Below, one piece after another: positions 16,380 to 25,655 of a stretch of 37,458 nt of DNA. Source of the DNA: Myxococcota bacterium. Its GTDB lineage: Bacteria > Myxococcota_A > UBA796 > GCA-2862545. Each line of letters starts with the position of its first letter. Position 1 is the first letter of the stretch. The notes beneath the pieces were generated by a model. It was not told the DNA's origin. It did not search any database and worked only from the letters and a program-made list of their open reading frames with translations. The stretch is from assembly GCA_039208735.1 (NCBI GenBank), contig JBCCQY010000085.1:1-37458 (forward strand). The letters are read 5' to 3'. The translations under genes were made by a program, and so were the position numbers.

Positions 16380-18932
16380 TCAGGGTCGAGCCACCGCTTC
16401 GAGAGAAGCCCAGTCCGGTCCTGCTTTCGCTCCGACCCGTAAAGGGACGTCGAATTGGGCGACCGCTTCGAGCGCATGGCACCCCACGCGGACGGTGTCC
16501 ATCAATTCGTCGTCGGGGACTTCGAACAAAATTTCGTCATGAACTTGGACCAGGGGCCGGGCCACGAGTCCTGCCTCTTGAAGGGCCAGGTCAACCCTCC
16601 TCAACCCGAGACGGGCCACATCGGCCACGGTGCCCTCGATGGCGGCGCGACGAGCCAAACGTTCCGCGTAAGCGCGATCCTTGATCTCGAGGCTCTGCAG
16701 TCCCCCGACCCGCCATCGTCGACCCGACCAAGACGTGACTTCTCCGGTCGTCCTTGCCTGATCGAGCTGTGATTCCTGATAGGCGCGAGCGATCGAATAA
16801 TAGTCATTGAAGCGTGAAATGAAGGTTCGAGCTTCCGGCACTTCGATGCCCAACTGGGCGGCGAGCGCACTCGATCCTTGCCCGTTGAACGTCGCAAAGT
16901 TGACGGCCTTGGCGACCTGTCGTTGGTCGTCGGTCACCGCCTCAGGGGCAACTTCGAACAAGGCGCTGGCGGTAATGCGATGCAGGTCAGCGCCCGATCG
17001 GATGGGCTCGGCGAGCTTAGGATCCCCCGACAAGTGGGCCAAGACCACCAACCCTAATTGCGCGTAATCGATCGAAAGTAAGGTTCGGCCTTCCGGGGGA
17101 GCGAATGCCCGTCGGATCCAGGACATGGCTTCGGTGCGCCCAGGGACTCGAGACAAATCCGGGTCGCTGCACAACACACGCCCAAAGAAGGAACGAGCAA
17201 GATGTTGGCGAGCCCGGACCCGGCCATCGGAATCGACCGCGGGCCTTAGGGCGGTCACCCAGGCATCGATGAGCCGGCGATGCTGCCGCCATGCCATCAC
17301 TCTGGGAACGATGGCGTGGGTGTCTTGGATGCGGGCCAATACATCGGTGGCCGTACTAAAGCCCGTCTTCGTTCGAATGGGAGGGTTGAGGCCGAGTTCC
17401 TCAAACAAGACTTTGGAGAGCTGCTTCGACGATCCGAGGTTGAACGAATGCCCCGCCAGATCATGGACTTCGCCCTGGAGTCGCTCCACCCGTTCCGAGA
17501 GCCATGCTTCAGCCTCATCGAGCCGTTCTGGCCGGCACGCAATGCCACGGGCCTGCATGGCGGCAAGCGTTTCGGAGAGCTGAAGCGCAAAGGCATGATG
17601 GGGCCCCGGTTCACCAAACCGAGGCGCCAACTCGGCAATCGCGACCGCACGTCCGCCCGCCCATCCTGCGCACATCGCGGGCTCGACCTCTGAAAAAGGC
17701 TTTGCCCCCTTCCCCTTGCCACACACGGCCTCCACGGGGACCAGAGCGCGCCGAAGGACGGCTCGAACCACCCGTTCAAGGTCGTGGGGGGCTCGGCCAA
17801 CCGGATCATCGAGGTGGCTTGCGGTCCCTGTGTCGAGATGCACACCCGCCACGTCAATGTCGTGCCGAAGACCGGTCACCATGAGATCGCTCGCGCCGTG
17901 CACGAGCTTGCGACGTACCGGATCGGCGAGCCAGGAGGCCAAGATCGCGTCGACCTCCTCCCGCACGTCCACATAGATGGCGTCGTCGGGCCCTCGGGCC
18001 AGCCCGACCCCAACCCAGGCGCCCCGCACCGGGCTCGGGCCTTCTGTCACCAGCTCCACCGCCACAGGCTCGGGGCCCCGCGACAGCCACACCGCAAGCG
18101 CCTCCCCACGCACGACGGGCACCTCGATCGCCTGCTGGGGGACATCCTGGAGCAACGCCGTGAATCCGAGGACCTGGTACGTCGCGTTGAGCGCTTCACG
18201 CGCCGGGGGTTCGAAGGCACCGTCGTCCATGGAGAAGGGAGACGAGCCCCCGCGCAACGTCGCTCGAGCCACCTCGGCGGTGGCTTGGTCCCCTGCGTTG
18301 CGCAAAGCCTTGCGCACCCGCGAGGGAAGGTCGTCGAGAACCTGGAGTGCGGCAGCGAGCGAGCCGTGAGCTTCCAGCAGCTCGATGGCTGATTTCTTGC
18401 CCACCCCGGGAACCCCATCGAGCAGGTCGCGCTCCCCGACCAGGCCCAGAAAGTCTCCGATCCATGAGGGAGGCACTCCAAACCGTTTTCGCACGATGTC
18501 TTCGGTACTGAACAGGTCTTTGTGCTGCTCGTACCACCACACTCCGGGCCGCACGAGCTGGGCCAATCGCTTGTCGGCCCCGACCACCACCACCTCATGC
18601 CCCGCCTCGACGGCCTGCTCGACCGCCGCTGCCGCTGCGCGGAGGGCATCCTCGACGTGAGTCCAGGTAAATCCATGCGCGTCGAGCAAGGTTCCCAACC
18701 GCGCGTGCTGTTCGGCCAGGGGCCGAGGCCACGACGCATCGGGAGCGGAAGCCTCTAGCACCGCAATCGCCCGATCGGGCTGCTTGCGCGCGCCCACGCG
18801 CAGCAGGGCGAGCGCCACGCCATAAAGCGCATTGGCAATCCGACCCTCCCGATCTCGCCGATCGGGAGGTACTGCCTGAAAACTTCGGACCAGCAGGTCC
18901 GTAGCGTGAACGACGACGGTACGACCCGGCAT
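16380..18932 (-). CDS. Divergent family A DNA polymerase I-like protein with degenerate 5'-nuclease and proofreading domains
   Basis: Full Pol I architecture: H3TH (GVPGVGKKSA), FNLGSSKQL..LF, motif A DYAQLGL, DLH, motif B RQVAKAVNF and motif C VHDE. The symbol polA is withheld because of many active-site substitutions. Confidence 0.92.
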   Translation of the reverse strand: MPGRTVVVHATDLLVRSFQAVPPDRRDREGRIANALYGVALALLRVGARKQPDRAIAVLEASAPDASWPRPLAEQHARLGTLLDAHGFTWTHVEDALRAAAAAVEQAVEAGHEVVVVGADKRLAQLVRPGVWWYEQHKDLFSTEDIVRKRFGVPPSWIGDFLGLVGERDLLDGVPGVGKKSAIELLEAHGSLAAALQVLDDLPSRVRKALRNAGDQATAEVARATLRGGSSPFSMDDGAFEPPAREALNATYQVLGFTALLQDVPQQAIEVPVVRGEALAVWLSRGPEPVAVELVTEGPSPVRGAWVGVGLARGPDDAIYVDVREEVDAILASWLADPVRRKLVHGASDLMVTGLRHDIDVAGVHLDTGTASHLDDPVGRAPHDLERVVRAVLRRALVPVEAVCGKGKGAKPFSEVEPAMCAGWAGGRAVAIAELAPRFGEPGPHHAFALQLSETLAAMQARGIACRPERLDEAEAWLSERVERLQGEVHDLAGHSFNLGSSKQLSKVLFEELGLNPPIRTKTGFSTATDVLARIQDTHAIVPRVMAWRQHRRLIDAWVTALRPAVDSDGRVRARQHLARSFFGRVLCSDPDLSRVPGRTEAMSWIRRAFAPPEGRTLLSIDYAQLGLVVLAHLSGDPKLAEPIRSGADLHRITASALFEVAPEAVTDDQRQVAKAVNFATFNGQGSSALAAQLGIEVPEARTFISRFNDYYSIARAYQESQLDQARTTGEVTSWSGRRWRVGGLQSLEIKDRAYAERLARRAAIEGTVADVARLGLRRVDLALQEAGLVARPLVQVHDEILFEVPDDELMDTVRVGCHALEAVAQFDVPLRVGAKAGPDWASLEAVARP

Positions 18933-19008
18933 GACCTCTTGTATGCCCTCGCCTCGAGCCTTGCGCAGGAGGTCAGGCGGCGGTACGCCACAGGCCGATG
19001 GAGTCGAC

Positions 19009-19857
19009 ATGTCGCAACTGAAGCTCGCTCTGCCCAAGGGGCGGATGCATGAAAACGTAGTGCGGCTCCTCGACGATGCCGGCATCCAGCTGCGGGTGAG
19101 TCCGCGGGGGTACCGGCCCACGGTGTCACTCACCGACGTCGAGACCAAAATTCTCAAGCCGCAATCCATTGTCGAAATGATTCATACCGGCACCCGCGAC
19201 CTGGGTTTCGCAGGAGCGGACTGGATCGCGGAGCTGCAAGTCGACGTTGTAGAGGTGCTCGACACGAAGCTTGACCCCGTCAGGGTGGTCGCTGCAGCCC
19301 CTGTAGACCTGCTCGAAAACGGCAAACTCCCTGACCGGCCCTTGGTCGTGGCTTCCGAATACATGCGACTGACGCAGGCGTGGGCGCGACCTGGAGACCG
19401 GGTCGTGCGGTCCTACGGCGCCACCGAAGTGTTGCCTCCCGAAGACGCGGACTGCATTGTCGACAACACGGCGACCGGCAGTACCCTTCGGGCCAACAAC
19501 CTGCAGATCGTGCACGAACTCATGCGGTCGTCAACCCGGCTCATCGCCAACTCGCGAGCCATGGAAGACCCGGGCAAGCGGGCGCGGATCGAAGAGATCG
19601 GCCTCATGCTCTCGGCGGTCATCGAAGCACGGCCGCGGGTGATGGTGGAAGTCAACGTGTCCCGCGAGGCCCTGGAACAGCTGCTCGACGTCCTGCCGAG
19701 CATGCGCCAGCCCACCGTCGCTGAACTGGCTCATGGCTCGGGATTTGCGGTCCGATCCGCCATTCCGCGCGGCGATCTGCCGTTGGTGGTGCCCCGGCTC
19801 AAATCGGTCGGGGGCACCGACATCGTGTGGACCGAAATCGCAGGAATCGTGCCGTGA
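19009..19857 (+). CDS. hisG: ATP phosphoribosyltransferase, long form with C-terminal regulatory domain
   Basis: LALPKGRM, DLGFAGAD, YGATE, IVDNTATGSTLRANNL and PSMRQPTV motifs. Confidence 0.96.
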   Translation: MSQLKLALPKGRMHENVVRLLDDAGIQLRVSPRGYRPTVSLTDVETKILKPQSIVEMIHTGTRDLGFAGADWIAELQVDVVEVLDTKLDPVRVVAAAPVDLLENGKLPDRPLVVASEYMRLTQAWARPGDRVVRSYGATEVLPPEDADCIVDNTATGSTLRANNLQIVHELMRSSTRLIANSRAMEDPGKRARIEEIGLMLSAVIEARPRVMVEVNVSREALEQLLDVLPSMRQPTVAELAHGSGFAVRSAIPRGDLPLVVPRLKSVGGTDIVWTEIAGIVP

Positions 19858-20897
19858 AACTTACCTGTGTCGACCGCGTTGCACAGATCCGGGCGTATTC
19901 GGTCCCGAAGTCCGGCGTTCCCTGTGACCTACGACTCGACGGCAATGAGGGGCGCAAACCGGATGGCCGGTGGGCTCAACCCCTCGGCAGTCCCGAGGTG
20001 GCACGCCAGTACCCGAAACTGACGGCGCTGCAGGAGCGACTCGCCGCTCGCCATGGCGTGGCGGCCGAACAGGTGTTGGTCACGGCCGGTGCCGATGAAG
20101 CGCTCGACCGGGCCTGCCGGGCGATGCTCGACGAGTCACGCGGTCTCGTGCTGCCACTCCCCACCTTCGAGATGCTGCACACGTACGCCAAGCTCACCGG
20201 GGCCCGCATCGCTGAAATCGCTTGGCCAGGTGGCGCCTATCCCGAGGCAGCCGTCCTCGAGGCCATCGACGAACGTACGGTAGCCGTCGCCATGGTCAGC
20301 CCCAACAACCCCACAGGGGCCGTGGCCACGGCCGAGAACCTCGCACGGGTCGCCGCCGCAGCCCCGCTCGTGCTCCTCGATCACGCCTACGTGGAGTTTG
20401 CCGACCATGATCTGTCGGCACGCGCTCTCGAACTCGGCAACGTCATCGTCTTCCGAACGTTGTCGAAGGCCTGGGGCTTGGCCGGCCTGCGCATTGGCTA
20501 CGCCGTTGGACCCTCCGAACCCATCGGATGGATGCGCAGGGTCGGTCTTCCCTACCCGGTGAGTGGTCCGAGCCTGCATGTGGCGCTCGATCAGCTCGAT
20601 CGGTCGGTCGCCGAGGTCGATGCGTTCGTTACTGCGGTCCGGTCGCGACGCCAAGTCCTGGAGGCTCGCCTGCAAACGCAGGGGGTCGCCCTCGAGCCAA
20701 GCCAGGCCAATTTCGTATTCCTGCGCCACCCGGGCGCCGATGCCTTGCGAGAGGGCCTTGCCCAACACGGCATCGCGGTCCGCGGCTGGCCCGGTCATCC
20801 AGTGCTCGCCGATGGGTTGCGCATCACCGTGCCCGCCGACGATGCGAGTCAGCAACGTCTCCTCGCTGCCCTTGACGCAGTTCTGGCTGTCGCATGA
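19854..20897 (+). CDS. hisC: Histidinol-phosphate aminotransferase
   Basis: LDGNE, GADE, SPNNPTG, DHAYVEF and RTLSKAWGLAGLRIGY motifs; GTGA overlap with hisG. Confidence 0.95.
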   Translation: MKLTCVDRVAQIRAYSVPKSGVPCDLRLDGNEGRKPDGRWAQPLGSPEVARQYPKLTALQERLAARHGVAAEQVLVTAGADEALDRACRAMLDESRGLVLPLPTFEMLHTYAKLTGARIAEIAWPGGAYPEAAVLEAIDERTVAVAMVSPNNPTGAVATAENLARVAAAAPLVLLDHAYVEFADHDLSARALELGNVIVFRTLSKAWGLAGLRIGYAVGPSEPIGWMRRVGLPYPVSGPSLHVALDQLDRSVAEVDAFVTAVRSRRQVLEARLQTQGVALEPSQANFVFLRHPGADALREGLAQHGIAVRGWPGHPVLADGLRITVPADDASQQRLLAALDAVLAVA

Positions 20898-21478
20898 GTC
20901 GAATTGCCGCGACGAAACGCACCACCCGCGAGACCTCGATCACCGTCCGCGTCAACCTGGATGGCACGGGAACTCGGCAGGTTTCGACGGGGGTGGGATT
21001 CCTCGATCACATGGTCGAGACCCTGGCCCGGTTCTCGAACGTCGACATTCAACTGACCTGCGAAGGCGACCTGCACATCGATGCCCACCACACCGTGGAA
21101 GACTGTGCGCTGGCCCTCGGTCAGGCGGTTGCCGAAGCCCTTGGCGAAAAGCGTGGAATTGTTCGCTTTGGCCATGCCTACGCCCCGCTCGATGAGGCGA
21201 TGGCCCGAGCCGTCATCGACCTTTCGGGCCGCCCTTGGCCCGACATCAACCTGCACCTCACGCGGGACCGCTTAGGCACTCTCGATACGGACGACCTCGT
21301 TCACTTCCTGCAGTCGTTCGCCATCGCGGCGCGAGCCAGCCTCCACGTCGATGTGCTGAAGGGTCGCTTCGACCATCACAAGGCTGAGGCTGCCTTCAAG
21401 GCGGTTGCCCTGGCCCTCCGCCACGCCATCGCCCACGACGGCGGCGACGAGGTTCCTTCCCTCAAAGGCACGCTGTGA
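20894..21478 (+). CDS. hisB: Imidazoleglycerol-phosphate dehydratase (monofunctional)
   Basis: RTTRET, FLDHM, DAHHTVED, DHHKAEAAFKA and PSLKG motifs. Confidence 0.97.
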   Translation: MSRIAATKRTTRETSITVRVNLDGTGTRQVSTGVGFLDHMVETLARFSNVDIQLTCEGDLHIDAHHTVEDCALALGQAVAEALGEKRGIVRFGHAYAPLDEAMARAVIDLSGRPWPDINLHLTRDRLGTLDTDDLVHFLQSFAIAARASLHVDVLKGRFDHHKAEAAFKAVALALRHAIAHDGGDEVPSLKGTL

Positions 21479-22068
21479 GCACGATCACCATCATCGAAAC
21501 GGGCCTTGCGAACCTCGCCAGCGTCCAGGCCGCCTGGCGCCGGCTGGGTCATGACCCTCTCGTGACCAAAGACCCCGACGTCGTCGGCTCGGCTGACCGC
21601 GTCATGCTCCCTGGCGTCGGGGCCTTCGCCCCTGGCATGGCCATGTTGAATGCGCATGGGCTGACCGAGGCGCTGCGGGAACGGGTGGCCCAAGGTCGGC
21701 CGCTGCTCGCGGTGTGCTTGGGCCTGCAGCTCCTCGGACAACAGAGCGAAGAGGGCCCAGGCATCGAGGGCTTAGGCATCGTCGAAGCATCCGCGGAACG
21801 ACTGCAGGGGCCCGACCGCGTACCCCACATGGGGTGGGCCCCCATCTTGCCAACGCCGAACGCCCGCTACCTCGTTGCGGGTCACGCCTACTTTGCCCAT
21901 AGCTACGCGATTCGGGCGGAAGGCCTTGCGGGAGCTTCGAGCGCGCACAGCGGACGTCGCTTCGTCGCCGCCATCGAACACGGGCCCGTGCTAGCATTGC
22001 AGTTTCATCCAGAGTTATCGGGATCGCTCGGCGAGTCGATCCTCGCCCGCTGGGCCGAGGAGGGCTGA
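21475..22068 (+). CDS. hisH: Imidazole glycerol phosphate synthase, glutaminase subunit
   Basis: PGVGAF, VCLGLQLL, VPHMGW, YFAHSY and QFHPE motifs. Confidence 0.96.
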   Translation: MSTITIIETGLANLASVQAAWRRLGHDPLVTKDPDVVGSADRVMLPGVGAFAPGMAMLNAHGLTEALRERVAQGRPLLAVCLGLQLLGQQSEEGPGIEGLGIVEASAERLQGPDRVPHMGWAPILPTPNARYLVAGHAYFAHSYAIRAEGLAGASSAHSGRRFVAAIEHGPVLALQFHPELSGSLGESILARWAEEG

Positions 22069-22070
22069 TC

Positions 22071-22841
22071 ATGGCAACCCGACGCATCATTCCGTGCCTC
22101 GATGTGGCTCACGGGCGCGTGGTCAAGGGGATTCAGTTCCAAGGCTTGCGTGACGCGGGCGACCCGGTTGACCTGTCGCAGGCCTATGAAGCCCAAGGGG
22201 CCGACGAACTTGTCATCCTCGATGTCGCGGCGACCCCTGAAGGCCGAGGCCACGCGGTGCGCACCGTCGAAGCGGTCCGCGCGGCCCTGCGTATTCCATT
22301 GACGGTGGGCGGTGGATTGCGAACTGTCGACGACGCCCGCCAGCTGCTCGAGGTCGGCGCTGACAAGGTCGCGGTCAACACGGCGGCCGTGCGGCGCCCT
22401 GAGCTGCTCGGCGAGTTGGCCGAAGCGTTTGGGGTGCAATGCGTGGTGCTCGCCATCGACGCCGCCCGTGCACGCGACGAGGCGCCCACCGACAGTGGCT
22501 ACGAAGTCGTGGTCCGTAGCGGCAAGGAACGCACGGGCCGCGACGTGGTGCAATGGGCCATTCAGGCCGTCGAGCAAGGCGCCGGCGAAATCCTTCTCAC
22601 GAGCTGGGACCGCGACGGCACCCGTTCGGGCTACGAGCTGCCCCTGCTCAAGGCCGTGTCCTCGGCCGTCAACGTACCGGTCATCGCGTCGGGAGGCGCG
22701 GACACCATCCAGCACCTCGATGAAGCCGTGCAAGCCGGCGCAGACGCGGTCCTGGCCGCTTCGATTTTCCACGACGGCCAGTCCACCGTTGCCGACGTCA
22801 AAGCCGCCCTCATCGAGCGCGGCCTGGAGATTCGCCCGTGA
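22071..22841 (+). CDS. hisF: Imidazole glycerol phosphate synthase, cyclase subunit
   Basis: [31 protein letters not shown] and AASIFH motifs. Confidence 0.97.
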   Translation: MATRRIIPCLDVAHGRVVKGIQFQGLRDAGDPVDLSQAYEAQGADELVILDVAATPEGRGHAVRTVEAVRAALRIPLTVGGGLRTVDDARQLLEVGADKVAVNTAAVRRPELLGELAEAFGVQCVVLAIDAARARDEAPTDSGYEVVVRSGKERTGRDVVQWAIQAVEQGAGEILLTSWDRDGTRSGYELPLLKAVSSAVNVPVIASGGADTIQHLDEAVQAGADAVLAASIFHDGQSTVADVKAALIERGLEIRP

Positions 22842-24097
22842 TCGTCCCATCCATCGACTTGCGTCACGGTCAGGCAGTCCAGCTGGTCGGCGGGGCTGAA
22901 CCCGCGATTGAGGCTGGCGATCCCGTTCCGTTGGCCCAGCAGTTCGGCGTGGTCGGCCCCATCGCGGTGATCGATCTTGGCGCCGCCCTTGGCGATGAAG
23001 TCCAGCACACCGAAACCATCACCCATCTCTGCCAGGTTGCGCGCTGTCGGGTAGGCGGAGGCCTCCGCACCATCGACAAAGCCAAGGCCTGGCTCGACCG
23101 AGGGGCGGAACAGATCATCATCGGGACCGCCGCCACGCCCGAATTCGTGCGCCAGTTGCCTCGCGAACGTGTCATCGCGGCCCTCGATGCCGTCGATGGT
23201 GAGGTCGTGGTCGAAGGTTGGCGGACCAAGACGGGGCGCTCCATCCTCGAAGGGATGGCCGAGCTGCGCGACCACGTTGGGGGCTTCCTCGTCACCTTCG
23301 TCGAGCGCGAAGGAAGGCTTCAGGGCACGGATCTGGAGCGCGTCGCCGCGTTGGTCGAGGCCGCCGGTGATGCCGAGCTGACCATCGCGGGGGGCGTGTC
23401 TTCGATCGAGGAAATCCGAGCCCTCGATGAACTCGGGGTGGACGCGCAAGTGGGCATGGCGCTCTACACGGGGCGCTTCACCGCGGGCGCTTCGGTGGCC
23501 GGCCTCTTGAAGACCGACCGCCCCGACGGACTGTTCCCCACCGTGGTGACCGACGAGTCCGGCGTCGCGCTGGGCCTTGCCTACAGCAGCGCAGCGACCC
23601 TCGCCGAAGCCATCGATACCCGTACGGGCATCTACCACTCGCGCAGGCGAGGCCGATGGCAGAAGGGGGCGACCTCGGGAGCCGTCCAAGAGCTGATCGC
23701 CGTCGATCTCGACTGCGACCGCGACACCGTTCGGTTCACCGTTCGCCAGGCCGCACCGGGGTTCTGCCATGAGAATACCTGGACGTGCTGGGGAGACGCC
23801 GGCGGGGTTCCCGCCTTGGCCCGAACCCTCGCGTCTCGGGTCACCTCGGCGCCCGCAGGTAGCTACACACGTCGGCTTCTCGACGACCCAGAACTCCTGG
23901 CGTCGAAACTGCGTGAAGAAGCCCAGGAACTCATCGAGGCCTCTACGCCCGCGGAGGTCGCCCACGAGGTCGCGGACGTCGTGTTTTTCGCACTGGTCGC
24001 GATGGTGCGGGCCGGCGTGCCGTGGAGTGAGGTCGAGGCAGTGCTCGACCGTCGGTCACGCCGAGTGACCCGACGTCCCGGGCATGCCAAGCACTGA
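22838..24097 (+). CDS. hisAIE: Trifunctional HisA-HisI-HisE fusion protein
   Basis: HisA barrel (IVPSIDL, VGGGLR, AALD, IAGG, GMALYTG); HisI (SRRR..W.KGATSG, DCDRD, FCH..TCW); HisE (SYT, KLREEAQE, EVADVVF). Confidence 0.92.
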   Translation: MIVPSIDLRHGQAVQLVGGAEPAIEAGDPVPLAQQFGVVGPIAVIDLGAALGDEVQHTETITHLCQVARCRVGGGLRTIDKAKAWLDRGAEQIIIGTAATPEFVRQLPRERVIAALDAVDGEVVVEGWRTKTGRSILEGMAELRDHVGGFLVTFVEREGRLQGTDLERVAALVEAAGDAELTIAGGVSSIEEIRALDELGVDAQVGMALYTGRFTAGASVAGLLKTDRPDGLFPTVVTDESGVALGLAYSSAATLAEAIDTRTGIYHSRRRGRWQKGATSGAVQELIAVDLDCDRDTVRFTVRQAAPGFCHENTWTCWGDAGGVPALARTLASRVTSAPAGSYTRRLLDDPELLASKLREEAQELIEASTPAEVAHEVADVVFFALVAMVRAGVPWSEVEAVLDRRSRRVTRRPGHAKH

Positions 24098-24172
24098 ATC
24101 GGCCTGGCCGTCTGGCGAACGTTCCCTGAGTGGTGCGCAAGGAGGATATCGTCGCCCCTTGGAGGTGGTTTG

Positions 24173-25630
24173 GTGCAGAAGACGTGGTTGATGGCGTTGG
24201 GCACACTGGGGTTCGCCGCATGTAGCGGAGGTAGCGGCAATGAAGACCTGCAGGTGGTCGATGGCGCGGTCGCAGGCGTGGCCCTCGTGACGCTTCCGGG
24301 AGCTGATGCAGGCACCGCCGAGGTCACGTTCGAAGACCCCTCGGGCGAAGTGTTGACCACGACCGCTGAGCTGCCAGGCGACATCGTCCAGCTCGGTCTC
24401 AAGGCTGGAGGCAACTACACGGTTCGCGCAACCGTGACGAACGATGGCGACAGCGAGACGTTCGATGACGTGAGCTTCCAGGCGGGGCCACCACCGAGCA
24501 ACGGCCCGACCTTCCTGCAGCAGTCCTTCGACCCGAGCCTCGCCTGTGACCCCGACGGACGGTACCTCGTGTCGTGGCTCGGCAATTCCACCGGCGTGGC
24601 CATCATCGACCGGGACGGAAACTACCGCTGGTCCGTGCCAAGCGCGTCGGACGAAGAGCAGGTCAACCGGGTGCGGATCTCACGCGATGGCGAGTCCCTG
24701 CACTGGATGTTCGTCGACACGGACCGCATCGACGACATCGGCCAAATCGTGACCCGTCCGCTCGATGGCGGTGACGCCACGCAGACCCGCGCGCTATGGG
24801 GCCACCACGACTTCGTCGAGCATCCGGACCAGACCACCATCGGGTGGTTGGGCTTCGACTTCCGCGACATCGCCGCGGCGGATGTGGTCGGCCTTCCGAG
24901 CCCGTGGCAGGGGTCAGACCCGCTCCCCACCGCGTCCGACACCATCTACGAGACCACGATTGGGACGGATGGCACGGCCGAAACCACGACCGTCATCAAC
25001 CTGTACGACGATTACTTCCCTGACCATCCGATCGTGTACACCACGGAGCGGAACTTCCGTCTTGGAAGCTTCCTGCCTGGCTACCACGAACTCACGCATG
25101 GAAACTCGCTTGCGTTGGTCGGCGACACCTACCTCGCGATGCTCCGGTGGGTCGATTCGGTGGTGGGTGTCAATCGGACCAACGGCGAAATCTGGACGCT
25201 CGGCGGGGTCTACAACGAGTTCACGCCGGTCGACGGGCAGACCGTGGACGACCTGTTTTTGCAGTCCCACTTCTCGGATGCCTGGCAAGACACCGACGGT
25301 CTGCACATGCTCGTCTTCGACAACCGACCCCGCCCCGAGCCGTCGCGTTTGTCGGAGTACGTCCTCGACATTGAGAATCGCACGTTCGACCGCGTCTGGA
25401 CCTACCAGGACGACTCGCATGAAGCCGTGCTTGGCGACGTGCGCAGGTTCGGCATTGAGGGCTGTGACAACGTGTTGGTCAGCTTCTCGGGCAGCGGCCG
25501 GCTGGTGGAGCTGACCCGCGATGGTCAGGTCGCGTGGGAAGTCGCTACCCGCTCGGGCGCGGCGCTGTCTCGCGTCCAGTATCTGCCGAGCTTCGACGAC
25601 CCTGCGGCGGCGGTATATCCGGCCGAATAG
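24173..25630 (+). CDS. Arylsulfotransferase (ASST)-like beta-propeller lipoprotein
   Basis: FAAC lipobox; GHHDF, THGNSL, QSH and VFDN motifs typical of ASST-like proteins; GGAGGT RBS. Confidence 0.7.
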   Translation: MQKTWLMALGTLGFAACSGGSGNEDLQVVDGAVAGVALVTLPGADAGTAEVTFEDPSGEVLTTTAELPGDIVQLGLKAGGNYTVRATVTNDGDSETFDDVSFQAGPPPSNGPTFLQQSFDPSLACDPDGRYLVSWLGNSTGVAIIDRDGNYRWSVPSASDEEQVNRVRISRDGESLHWMFVDTDRIDDIGQIVTRPLDGGDATQTRALWGHHDFVEHPDQTTIGWLGFDFRDIAAADVVGLPSPWQGSDPLPTASDTIYETTIGTDGTAETTTVINLYDDYFPDHPIVYTTERNFRLGSFLPGYHELTHGNSLALVGDTYLAMLRWVDSVVGVNRTNGEIWTLGGVYNEFTPVDGQTVDDLFLQSHFSDAWQDTDGLHMLVFDNRPRPEPSRLSEYVLDIENRTFDRVWTYQDDSHEAVLGDVRRFGIEGCDNVLVSFSGSGRLVELTRDGQVAWEVATRSGAALSRVQYLPSFDDPAAAVYPAE

Positions 25631-25655
25631 ACCCCTCCAAGGAGGGGGCGACATC

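Noticed and set aside
16380..18932. Prophage origin for the divergent polymerase
   Set aside because: It has the cellular three-domain Pol I layout, and no phage, integrase or primase-helicase genes lie nearby.
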